Shown here: positions 51,808-64,000 of the stretch, one piece after another | Numbering within the stretch: the stretch's first letter is position 1 | How the letters are laid out: each line of letters begins with the position of its first letter | From: Octopus bimaculoides | Taxonomy: Eukaryota | Reading direction: 5' to 3' | Assembly: GCF_001194135.2 (NCBI RefSeq) | Contig: NC_068988.1 | Coordinates: 66,245,790 to 66,309,789, forward strand | Length of the DNA stretch: 64,000 nt | The notes under the pieces: generated by a model | The model's database searches: none | Seen by the model: the letters and a program-made list of their open reading frames with translations, nothing else | Told to the model about the DNA's origin: nothing | Program-made: the position numbers and the translations under genes

Positions 51808-54169
51808 ATGTTGTGAATATTTTGTTCGAATATTAAAATGTATTCGACTTTGACGGAATATACTTCGTATATCCTTCAAAATAGATAAAAGAACCATTTA
51901 TGTATGGTGGACAACACAATAGTTTTCTCTAGAATACACATCAACACATTAGTAGTCTTCTGTTTAATTCAGTAATAATACGCATGCACAAGGTGTGTGA
52001 GGGAGTATCAGAATCGTTTATTATCAGACACGATTCCTAGCAGCATTAAATTAGAGCTCTTTATGCCCCTAGTTTAGATTCGCCCAAGTCAGTTTTAATT
52101 TTCATTCTTCTGTGATTGTTAAAATTAAGATATCATCCATGCACTAGATCAATTTCATAGACTCGATCACCATCCTTTGTTTCCATGTTGGAAATCGATA
52201 TTTAAACATGTAAGTGTATATCGATCTGAGTACATATTGTGAGTGTGACGACATTAATATCGTGATAAAATCTAAGATAAGAAATGAAGAATGATGGAAT
52301 CCGCCAATTATAATTGAACCTGTTTTGTAAAATAAAGTTTGTTGCGGTGAGCAAGGATGGAGAGCTGAACAAAAGATATCGCGCCCTTCACTGACGACAT
52401 GTTTTTCTATCGGTTTTCATGTTGATTTTCCTATACCAAGGAAGGAGGGTATATGTGACAACTATTTATTGATATCTGTTTAATTGCTGATACCTCTTCT
52501 ACAAACTTACGTTTAGAGAGATAAGAGTGTAGTGAGCTATTTTTGCTATTGTCGTTGTTTTTACTTTTGTTGTTTAACCATAGGTCGACCGTATGTAAGT
52601 AGACTTATGTTTAAAACAGTGAATACATAATTTTGTGCTCAACTATGCTGTATGGATACTAATCTAATTGTAGAGTATGCTCTTCTGTTTTAGTAAAATG
52701 TCATAATGTGTTATGAAAGAAATATAACTAATTTCTATTAGCTCGAGTTATATTGTAAGGGTTTCTTTATTGGTTCGTTGTTGTTAGTGATGTTAAGAGT
52801 CTCGAGTTGAGAGAAATGAAGAAGCTTGTGACATGGTATACACGATTTTCTTTCATGTACTTGCTTCTCATCCTTCAGAGTTCGACTAATCGCCAATAAA
52901 TAACATTAACCATGTAGCTGACAGTGATTACCTCTGAGTAGGGGACTCACATTATGTAATAAAGAGCGCTAAAAATATCAAGATTATTGATGCTATTACT
53001 TGAAGAAACTTTCTCTTCTGGTGTTCAGAATTTTAAAACAAAGTTTAAGTGGAAATCTAGAGGCTAAAATAAGTATATTTGACCTAAGAAACGATAAAGG
53101 TTCGATATGCAGAGGCTCTTTATCAAGGCAAAGAAATGAGATCTCAGCGCAATATATTTGTACAACAGCTGATAAATATTAGATATTTAAACTACGTTTT
53201 ATCTAAGAAAGAGGAGTGAGTGTTCGGTTTGTTGTACTTGAATTATATCCTACAGCTACACATATTTTGAACTACAAATTGTCGAAGCAAAGGACAGATG
53301 GTTTTTCTGTGAGTTATTCTGTAATATATATCGCGTTCTTGCTATAGGCATCCTTACGCTTTCCTTAACAGGCCACACTTCCTCTCGGAATATTTGTTGC
53401 CCAAACAAGCTTTTATTGATTTCTTTCCAATTGAATATGTTTTTAAACATGTTGAACTCGATAGAACTATCCCCTACCCTCTGTGGGAAATGGTTGCCAT
53501 CAAAGAAAGGATTTACAACGATTTATATAACTAAGTGTGTGTTTGTTGCAAGAATTTTACGAATATTAATCATATTTCACAGAAAATATAACGTAATGGA
53601 ATAACCAACTTGATACGAGAAATACTTGGTGAAAGCAACCAATAGTGATTCATTAAAAAGATGGCAGCCGCAATAGTAAAATATAATAATACGTTGAATT
53701 TCAACTAAATTTTATCTTAATTGCACTGTTCTAATTATGTATTATTTTCTATTTTCTAATTTTGCATTTCATTTTCGGTTTTAATTGGTGTAGTCTGAAT
53801 TTAAAAGACGACAAATGGAAGTTTTCTGTGAACTGATTAATTTGTAAATAGTCAGACAGGCTTTGTTTACTTTCCACGAAGAATGATTAAAGTGCCTCAA
53901 TAATACCTAAGTTTCTCAGAGATAATAACCGTGCTAACGATGGTGATAAATTCTAGTTTAAGCAGACACTAATACTTTAGCATAGATCTCTAGTGCAAAG
54001 TTATTTTTAGCGAGTATGATTTATCTTGATAAATTTCAAATATTGACACATTTTTCTCAAGTTGATAAACGACTTACTGTACAAACAATACAGTTATTAA
54101 CACTTCTTGGCTGAGAAAAAAAGATATTATATAAATATAAATGAATATATATATATATACATACATATA

Positions 54170-54202
<33 letters not shown>

Positions 54203-57120
54203 ATGTATGTATATACTATTAAAAAGGTCATGTTAAATTACCTCGTGAAATATTATCACTCGAAAATGTTACAAAAAAGTCAATTTGTGCCGGAACTCTT
54301 AGAAACATTAATGAGTAATTTTCTTTTGCTCCGTTTATTAACTAAACCTCTGTATGTGTGTGAGAGAGAGAGAGACAGAGTGAGTGTATGCGTGTGTGTG
54401 CTACTTTTGTCAACACGAGCAGCCTACACTTCATACTGTTGAGGTCTAATTAGGCTGAAATATGATTAGAATGCTTCCCGCATTTGATAGATAATAGGCT
54501 CCCCTCTCGTTGTATTCTATGTTCAATTTAATTTAATTTAAATATCAAAATTGTTCCTTCACATTCTTTCCCCAGAATTAATCATTAAGTCAATTATTGT
54601 CTAGTTCTCAGTATGGATTTCTTTTTAAGTAATCGATATTTCTAAACTCACTGCTTATATCAGTATTCAGTTTCCTAATCAGAATTATGTATGATATTTA
54701 ATAACTTATGTATTTATGATTATGGGAAGTCATGCGCTGTTAACGATGATCATTAACACAGTTTCTGTATTTAAAATCACGGCTTGTAGATTTTACAGTA
54801 GACAATTCAAATTTAATACAAACTTCCCGGCAATAACCTGGCTTCGGTTCGTGAACATTTTATGCTTTCCCTCGCGTTTTTACAATGTACAGTTATTTTT
54901 TTATCTTCTTAATTCATACTTTAAACGTATTGTGATTGCATTGCGTTGAATTTGTTACGGGAAATCTCCAGAAAACCTGTTAAGGACAAGTAATGTCACT
55001 ATCAAATGTCATTATTCTGAACAGGTCTTCATAAACTGTGTTTATAGCATAAGAAGCTATAACGAATGTTAGTTACGTAATTATTCTCTTGGCAGATGTC
55101 ATCACTACAGTAAATTAGTTCATTGTGTCTGACTGGTTTGATTAGAATTCAGGATTGAGAAGTATCTATACTGATAGTCAAAGTATGTTACAGTTATGAC
55201 AATATTGTCTTTACTTCAGCGATAGTATATCTTTTATTTAACGGTGGGATGTGTTTAGAGCGAAGTTTGATTGCTACTTCTAATAGGTCGAATAACCAAG
55301 TAGAGGCTCTGTCATCAGTTTATGTACTACTGTTGTAAACTTTAATGATGACAATCTCACAGATTTATCCCGGTGTTTGTTATAATGAAGCTATTCCGAT
55401 CTGCATAATACCATGACGTATTTATTAGTTCAAATGCTAACGGAAAACCAAACACAACACGAGAGGTTCGAAAAGAATACATTGATATGAGACGCAACAA
55501 AGTGTTCAAAGAGAATCACTGTGTCAAGTGAAGGGTACGACTGGTATTTATTGTATCAAAAGAAATTAACAGACTAAGTTTAAACTAAATACCGTGGATT
55601 TATACTATCTCATCTATTTCAGATTCCCTCAAATATGCCTTAGCAATGTGTTACCGTGCTTCTCTTCACTCACAAATCTAAATCTCTTGGAACAAATATG
55701 ATGATTAGTTTCAAGCTGTTCTAGAAATTTAATTGGTTTCTTTGCTTAATTAAAAGACATTACATTGGCTTCATATTATAATTATTGTCATTGTTCATAG
55801 ATTGGCCTGATCATTAGTGAGTGGAAAATGAATGTCCTCATCTTACTAATTGCAATATTGAAATTAACAGTAACACAATAAACCTCTATGAATTTAAAGA
55901 ACATTAAAACCGACATCACCTTCCTGTTCCAGTTGGAGTAGTGTTCACTCAAGTAGTGTTCCACCTCGTTGGAATAGTTTTGAGTCCTCAATGAAACGGC
56001 GTTCATACAGCAGAAGCATCTATATTATTTCTCCACATTTAAAAATTGAAATGTTTCTTTAAAATCACAGCCCAGTTATATGAAAAAGAGAGGACTCATT
56101 GGGCAGTTTGGTTGTAAATTTACCGAGAAGACTGTGTGATTACAGTTGGAACGCCTTCGATATTAGGTCATCTCTATTAGAGATAAACGATTACTCACTG
56201 AAGTATGTCAGAATAAGATACAAGTATTACTCATATTGCGCTATAACTTATGTATGTAATACTCTTCTGTTGGTTTTACCATTTCACCCGCAAACATTGG
56301 GCATTCAGTTGATTTTCAATGAGTTACTCAGCAACACACATCACGTACAATGGCTCAACCTCCTTACCCTGCTTTTCAGTACCTGTCAGTCTAAATGTCA
56401 GTTCATCTACTGATGTATATTCAGGCGTTGGTAAGATGTTTGAGAGAAACCAGCAGTTTCCCTTGCATACAACTCTCCTCTCTCCACATCGGTGATGTAG
56501 AGAGACGGGATGGTCTGTTGCCTCAGGCCGTTACGGCTTGGCAGCGGTGTCATCGCAAGTCTAACTGTTCCGTCAATTCCCGACCTTCTTTTAGTATCTG
56601 TTGTATTATCGACTTCAAATAGATGAAAAGTAAAGTTGAGGTCGGAAGGATTTCAGCTCAGAGGGTAGAGAGCCGAAACAAATACTTCGTGGTGTCCCAC
56701 ACTCTAACAGCTATGTCAGTTCTGGCAATTCTAGTGCTAAACGGTCGACGTGCTATTTCCATGAACATAAAACTCGACTTTTCGGAAACATACTTGTGTT
56801 CAACAAGATCGGTACATGTCAAAAATTGAAGATTGTTATTTGCAGCTAGTTGATCGACCACATTGAGGCTCTCTCTTGAGGTTACAAAACAATTTTCCAT
56901 CTTTAGGACTATTTTAACTTACGCAGAAGTTAAAATTCCATGTTGACACGCAGCAACGTTAGGTGCCACATACATCATGTCCCTCAGCCAAACATTCTCT
57001 GTTGAAGTCTCACTAGAGTACAGTTCCCTATTATTTCTATGGCAAGCAATACCACTGTGCACTGCCATCGTCGTTTTATCGTCAGCTTTTAGTGTTCCCT
57101 TCCTCTATATGTGTGTGTGT

Positions 57121-57375
57121 GTTGGCACTCCGTCGCTTACGACGTCGAGGGTTCCAGTTGATCCGATCAACGGAACAGCCTGCTCGTGAAATTGACGTGC
57201 AAGTGGCTGAGCACTCCACAGATATGTGTACCCTTAACGTAGTTCTCGGGGATATTCAGCGTGACACAGTGTGACAAGGCTGACCCTTTGAATACCAGGC
57301 ACAACAGAAACTGGAAGTAAGAGTGAGAGAAAGTTGTGGCGAAAGAGTACAGCAGGGTTCACCACCATCTCCTGG
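57121..57375 (-). mobile_element. SINE family C, 3' half
   Basis: gttggcactccgtcgcttacgacgtcgagggttccagttgatccg...cagcagggttcaccaccatc. Confidence 0.9.
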
Positions 57376-57395
57376 TCTTACTTTAGAGAGCATTA

Positions 57396-57530
57396 TTCCC
57401 GTGAGATCTTACTCTTCGAATGAATACTTTTCTAATGAGGTCTTACTCGAGTGACAACTACTCTATTGAGTTCTTACTCGAGTGAATACTACCTCACTGA
57501 AGTTATACTAGACTGAGCAGTTCTCTGACG
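57396..57530. repeat. Degenerate minisatellite, unit about 31 bp
   Basis: gagatcttactc... / gaggtcttactcgagtgacaactactctatt / gagttcttactcgagtgaatactacctcact / gaagttatactagactga. Confidence 0.7.
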
Positions 57531-58165
57531 GTATCTTTCTCCTGTGAGTATTGATCAGTAGTCAGTCATATATGAAAATGTAAACTGAATATTTTCACTA
57601 ATAAAGTTTTTTACCATTAGCATAGGTTTTTGTTGTGTTTGTCGTGACTCCATTCTTGTGAATGTAAAGAGGACAGATGCTGGCATAGACCATCATCAAT
57701 TTCCTCATCATATTGCGGATTTCGCCTCATTAATATTATAATATTGTTTATAAATTTTAAGTAACGTGTTGCTTCTGTTGTTGAGGGGAAAACAAGTTAT
57801 GATGTATTCTTTTTCTCTGGAGGAACTTTTTGCCGACTTTCATTATTGTCCGACAATAATTTGTGGTTAACTAGATCTGCCTTTCAATTATATGTACATG
57901 AAAACAAATATATTTTGTTCACAAGTAATTTCTGTAATTTTTTCCCAATGTACCAACAAACGTGAGTAGAATTACAAATTGACTTTGGAAATGTGTATAT
58001 CCAGATGATACATAGACGTACACCTATTTGTGCAGTGTTTTATATACACATACGCATACGTGTATTTATACATGTATATAATAGTAATGTATATACAGTA
58101 TATATATAATGTTACACAGACACATATATACAGAATATAAAATATATATAAACATACATATATAT

Positions 58166-58224
<59 letters not shown>

Positions 58225-58943
58225 AATGCACCAGCACACACACACACACACATACACACATATATATATGCATATATATATAGAAACATGAGTAGACACA
58301 CACAGACACACACGCACACACACACATATATAACAGACACGTCGCATGTGTTTACTTTCTGTGGTGAAATATACGAATGTGTCGCTTGTAAGAGTATGTG
58401 TATGAATGTATGTATGTATGTATGTATGTATGTATGTATGTATGTATGTATGTTTGTATGTATGCAAGCATGTATGTGTGAGTGTGTGCGTGTGTGTGTG
58501 TCTACACTCATCAGCCCATATGTATGTAACGTCATGGGGTTTATCTATTTGTTATTGTTTATGTTGTTACTTTTCCCTGCCTTTGTCATGGTAATACTTG
58601 TGTTATTTACAAATTCTATTCTACACCGAATTGCGGTTAGTGTATAAAAACCTGGCTTTGTTATGCTGGCGCACAGTTTTCGCTCGCTATTTCCCTTCGG
58701 CAATTCTCTTTTCTTGAAGACTTTTCTGAAAAAAAATCTTTTCAACTAGATTTTTCTGAATATTTTACATTTTTGTTTTCTTTTTTCCTGTCAAATGTGA
58801 TTTCGAAGGCGATGTTAATTAAGAGCGTTTGCTCAAATCATCAAAATTCTTGGTGGTTTTCATACCATTATCAGCATTTCTTTGGCATACTCTCAAGAGA
58901 TGAATTGCATAAATAATCCATCGTACTATAGATCGAAGACCTT

Positions 58944-59124
58944 AAATTTTGGGGGAAGTGGCTATTGGATTACATCGACCACAGTGCTCAAGTCGTACTT
59001 ATTTTCTGAACCCCGAGAGGGTGAAAATAAAGTTGACCGCAACGGAATTTGAACTTAAAATGTAAAAGCGGAGAAATTCCGCTAAGCATTTTGTCCGGTA
59101 TTAACGATTCTGCCAGCTTACTGC
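58944..59124 (-). mobile_element. SINE family A, degenerate
   Basis: gattacatcgacc...ggaatttgaactt...ccgctaagcattttgtccgg...gattctgccagct. Confidence 0.75.
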
Positions 59125-60517
59125 AACTTTCAGTTTAACAGGACCTTCTGTTTTTGGTGGCACTTTCACTTGAGCTACACACCCGAGGAGAGTACCCGAC
59201 TCTTGACTGCCGTTCCACCACTAGGGCTGAGCTCTTGTGAAAAAAATATTGATCCCTGCTCTTCCTTCTCTAAATTTTATACAAATGAAACTAAACTTTT
59301 ACTTAACAAACATGTCCACATTATTAAAACTACATCTTCTTACTGTTGAAAACTGATAGTTCTCTGCACTGCTGAGAAGTACTTCGGAGTTGCAGGCATA
59401 GCTGAGTGGTTAAGAAGTTCACTTGGTAATCACGAGAGTCCAGGATCGATTCCAGCTAGCAGATTGTAAAATTGCCGTGGCAGAAAGAGTGTGGAAAGCA
59501 CTCGGGCAGGTATTACTGCAATGCCAAGTCCCAGCCATATCCCTTCATTTATGCTGTTGATTCTTACCAAAAATTTCATTACATATACACCTGTCGATGG
59601 AATACCCAGCCCCTTTCATGATAAGTTGACGAGTAGGTTGTTCAGTTGATCGAATACCTAACCACTCATCTTCAAAATCGATGTTGGGTCTGTTGTCATG
59701 ACAGGAATTTGAAAGACTGCTCATGAGTGAGGTAAATTAATCCTATAGAACGAAAATCGTTTTCTAATCTCAAAACAATACTCTAAAAAGTGAGTCTATG
59801 CATGGTCGATCGACTACCTGAAAATATCAGACAAATTCCCCCTAAAAAAGGAAAAGGATATATAAGTTAATTATCGTGTCGTATATTTTTGAAAACTTCC
59901 GAAATTTTTCAAAATAAGGTCTGCTCGATTAGGATTGTTTTAAGAAATATATGAATAAGCATGTATGTACGTACGTATTTATGTATGTGTGTGTATGTAT
60001 ATGCGTATGTGTGTATGTATGTATGTATGTGTGTATCTTGTATGTGTACATATGAATAGGTGTGTATGAGTGGATATGTGTAAGTGTGTATGTGTATGTA
60101 TGAATGTATGTATGTATGTGTGTATTCATGTATATATGTATATTTGTATTTATTTACGTATTATGCATGTGTATATGTCTCAAAGTATTATTCGTACTTT
60201 GGTTTATACCGGACGAATGAGATCCGAATGAACAATATATGTAACCTTTTATTGAAACTGAAACTATCGTGAGATAGAGAGAAAAGAGTGAGAGAGACAA
60301 TGTACGGGGAATTATATTTGACAGTATGCACGAACTAGATATCTTTTTAATAAGATATTCTAAATGTTATGTGTAAATCTTTGGTATATTTAATTTTGTT
60401 CTATCATTGTATCCCTACTAAGTCGTATTTTAATAACCGGAGCTATTTCTGTACATAACACTGTTGATATCACCTTCTTGTATTCCACATTTAAAGTGTA
60501 TATTCCTCTCATTTCAG

Positions 60518-60612
60518 GTATCACAGGAAATGTAAGCATTGATGAGAACGGGGACAGGAATGCAGATTACTCTCTTCTTGATATGACCGACCCATTGTCT
60601 GGTCGTTTTGAG
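60518..60612 (+). CDS. NPR1: Next exon of the same NPR1-like receptor
   Basis: Acceptor ctctcatttcag; 95-nt exon completing the split Gly codon (g|gt), then ITGNVSIDENGDRNADYSLLDMTDPLSGRFE; donor gag|gtaaga (phase 0). Resembles NPR1 [22 protein letters not shown] and continues the 32541-32676 exon in frame. Confidence 0.92.
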
Positions 60613-61277
60613 GTAAGATATTTATATTCTAAGCTACATTTTTGTGTATCATGCATTCTGTCCAGTCTGGTGTTAATACAACTGAGGATTAAGTCGTCAG
60701 TTGCCAAGCTGGTTTAATTCATTGTCGTGAGGTGCCAAATGCGTTGCCTGTAAAATTGAAATTTATTATAGAAAATGTATTTAGTTATATAAGCGAATAG
60801 GTTTAGCGTTTTGACGAGTCAAAATAGAATTTAACAATCTCAAGTATATAGTTATATGCAGATATATAGAACGCTGGATCTTCAGATCAGCGGATCATGG
60901 TTTCATCAATTTCTTTACTCTACTAAATACGTACAAAATCATCCTTTATACTTACAATGTATGGAAGACCGATAATTGATAAAATTTACTGCAGAGAGGA
61001 GATAGGAAAAGAAAGATCTAATAAGATGTTGAAAGCAAATGATGAGTAGTGGTGATGAGGGGGGGGGGGTGAAGATAATAGAGAGTATGAGAGAGAGAAA
61101 GAGAGGCAGTATGAGAGAGAGAGAGAGAGCGGCAGTATGAAAGGGAGAGATAGAGAGAGAGAGGCGGCGAAATTCTTGTTGATAGAGGATATTAGTAGTG
61201 GGAGAAAAGAGCGAAAGTTATAAAGAACGAGAGAAAGGTAAGCAGATACAGTGATAATGAAACAGAGTAACACTTTT

Positions 61278-61633
61278 TTCAAATTTTGACACAAGGCCAG
61301 TAATTGCAGGGGATCGGCTAAGTCGATTATATCGGCCCCCACCAGTGATCAACTGGTTTTTATTTTATCGACCACGAAAGGATGAAAGCTGAAGTCGACC
61401 TCAGTGGTATACTGACGATTCTTTTCTACTAAAGGCACGAGGCCCGAAATTTTTGTAGAGGGGGCCAGTCGATAAGATCGACTCTAGTACGCAACTGGTA
61501 CTTAATTTATCGATCCCCGAAAGGTTGAAAGGCAAATTCGATCTCGACGGAATTTTAACTCACAACGTAAAGACAAACGAAATGCCGCTAAGGATTTCGC
61601 CCGGCGTGCTAACGTTTCTGTCAGCTCACCGCC
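61278..61633 (-). mobile_element. Two tandem SINE family A copies (about 61278-61408 and 61424-61633)
   Basis: Two successive reverse-complement copies of the central domain. The second includes the head (gctaacgtttctgtcagctcaccgcc). Confidence 0.85.
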
Positions 61634-62168
61634 TTAGAGCGTGTAATATTAACAAGAGAGATAACAGTGGTGAAATTTATAAAGAATGACAGAGAGGTAG
61701 GCAGAGTAAATGCATTTGTATATTAGGAATTAAGGTGTTGGATCTAAGTTTAATGACTTATCTATTGTTAATGTAAACAAAAGTCAGGAACAGCAAGAGT
61801 TAAAGAAAATAGTCAAATACAAATATTTTGAGAGAATTTAAAATACATATAAAGCAAATTGATGAGACAGGTGGAGATATAAAGATTAAAGCAAGAGATA
61901 GTTATGAACAATGATTAGTAACAAATAGGGTTAAAATGTTGAATAACCTTCAAATACAATGATTTCCAATTAATTGTATTGAAGTTGCCACAGCTAGCTA
62001 AGGGGTAGATACCTATGAACATTAATTTACTTAGAATATAAAGTAATGAAATAAGACATTAAAAAATGAAAAAAAAAAGAATAAACAAAATACATTGTTC
62101 AAAACTATCTTCTGGTTTAATTTTCATATCTCCAGCTGCCTCAGTGCTTATATGTGTTTTAAACACTC

Positions 62169-62203
<35 letters not shown>

Positions 62204-62504
62204 TGTATATATATANNNNNNNNNNNNNNNNNNNNNNNNNNNNNNNNNNNNNNNNNNNNNNNNNNNNNNNNNNNNNNNNNNNNNNNNNNNNNNNNNNNNN
62301 NNNNNNNNNNNNNNNNNNNNNNNNNNNNNNNNNNNNNNNNNNNNNNNNNNNNNNNNNNNNNNNNNNNNNNNNNNNNNNNNNNNNNNNNNNNNNNNNNNNN
62401 NNNNNNNNNNNNNNNNNNNNNNNNNNNNNNNNNNNNNNNNNNNNNNNNNNNNNNNNNNNNNNNNNNNNNNNNNNTATATATTTATATATATATATTATAG
62501 TCTA

Positions 62505-62990
62505 AAATGCTATTGTCATTCCAAGCTTGCTGTAGGGCTGAGAACCTGGACTCTATATCATAGCGACATGCAAACATTACAGCGTTTTCACCAACAAAAG
62601 GTTCGCTCAATCTTGAACATCAAATGGGACCAGTATTTGACCATCAAAAATGTTCTGAAAAGAGCCAACAGTCAAAATATCGAATCGCTGATAATGAAAC
62701 TCCATCTTCGATGATCAGGACACGTAGCAAGAATGGAAAAGTGAAGTTATCATGCCAGGGAGCTCACTTCTGTGAAAAGACCACGAGGTTGCTTTCTTCG
62801 AAGATGCAAAGGTCAACTCAAATCAACACTGAAAACCACTGGAATTGAGCCTAAATCGTTTGAAATGAAAGGCCTACCCCGTACTACGTGACGGTGTTAC
62901 ATCTATATCGGAACCAAAATCTTCGAAGCCACTAGAAATGAAACGACAGGAGAGACAGGCTCAACAAAACCATCCTCGTCGTCAACTAAA
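62505..62990 (+). mobile_element. RTE/BovB-like LINE fragment
   Basis: Translation IPSLL*G, frameshift, then TWTLYHSDMQTLQRFHQQKVRSILNIKWDQYLTIKNVLKRANSQNIESLIMKLHLR*SGHVARME, which is the RT C-terminal pattern of RTE elements. Confidence 0.8.
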
Positions 62991-63066
62991 CTTATCATGC
63001 AGTCAATGTATTGGGCTCTTCTATGCCATAACAAGTTTACAGATTCATCAGCACCATCTTCATTGA

Positions 63067-63121
<55 letters not shown>

Positions 63122-64000
63122 ATCATTGATTGGGCATTTATTTCATCTTAGGAGAGTTGGTTTTTGTTTGTTCCTTACGTACGCAATGACGTGTTGATTT
63201 TAGCCTTGTTTCACATTAAGTCTCCCCACGTCATTCTTCATCTTATTCTGCTCAGTAAAGCATTATATGTAGGATGGAGGGGTTTAGTTTTTCTTTACTG
63301 TTTTCCTTCCTCAGTGTGTGTGTGTGTGTAGAGTTGTGTGATGCGATATGTGTGATGCTGTAATGTTGTGTTTTGGTGGGAGGTTGTCGGATGTTGTTAG
63401 GTGATATATGATATTATGTGCTGCTTTGTATTGAGAGCTATTGTTGTTTAGTACTGTTTCATGTTGGGTGAGTTAATGTTATGCGTTGTAAGGTTTTGTG
63501 ATGTTGTTTGATGTTGTTTAGTGATGTGTTATATTGTGTAATGTTTAGCCTTGTGTCGCTGGTGTTGTGGTATTTTGTAACGTTGTGTGGGGTTGTGGAA
63601 TTTTATAATGTTATGTGAAATATACTGTGTGATGCGCAATAAATAACGTATAACTTTATATGTTATAGATTGAAAAACAAAACTAACAAAAATTATGAAC
63701 AATGCTGTATTTACATATAAAGCCAATTTCTTGATAGGGACATTGATTTGATAAACAATATCTGCTCTCCACACTCGGATATCCGTTAATTCATGGATAA
63801 TTTAAAGATAAAGCCTTAGCAATAAAACAAAGGTTACTGATCAATCATGTACATGTAGAATAATTATTGTTTCCTGATTTCCTATGTAATTATATAATTA
63901 CATATTTCAGCTGATCTTAGCATGAAGTAAAAATTATTGATTTTTTATTTTTCTCGTTGACAATTGATGCTGAATATATATGGATGTAAATGAAGTCAAG

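Overview
This is AT-rich animal genomic DNA, very dense in microsatellites and SINEs. It is most likely an octopus or other coleoid cephalopod draft assembly (inferred from the repeat landscape only), with 16 N-gaps totalling about 5 kb. The only host coding sequence I can support is two + strand exons (32541-32676 and 60518-60612) of a natriuretic-peptide-receptor-type (NPR1-like) receptor, covering part of the extracellular ligand-binding domain. They splice in frame across a 27.8-kb intron, and the rest of the window appears to be intron of this gene. The introns carry at least three tRNA-derived SINE families (about 25 copies; my working labels A, B, C), an internally deleted Helitron with both termini, and a mariner remnant. 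They also carry two RTE LINE remnants, two RLE-endonuclease non-LTR remnants, a Penelope-like element (PLE) remnant and a foldback element. The most interesting observation is RNA-structural: two hammerhead ribozyme motifs, one inside a short element with a tRNA-like head (a possible ribozyme-bearing SINE partnered with PLEs), plus a weaker permuted candidate. Almost all ORFs in the supplied track are microsatellite or gap artefacts. All alignments, translations and folds were done by eye, so repeat boundaries are approximate.
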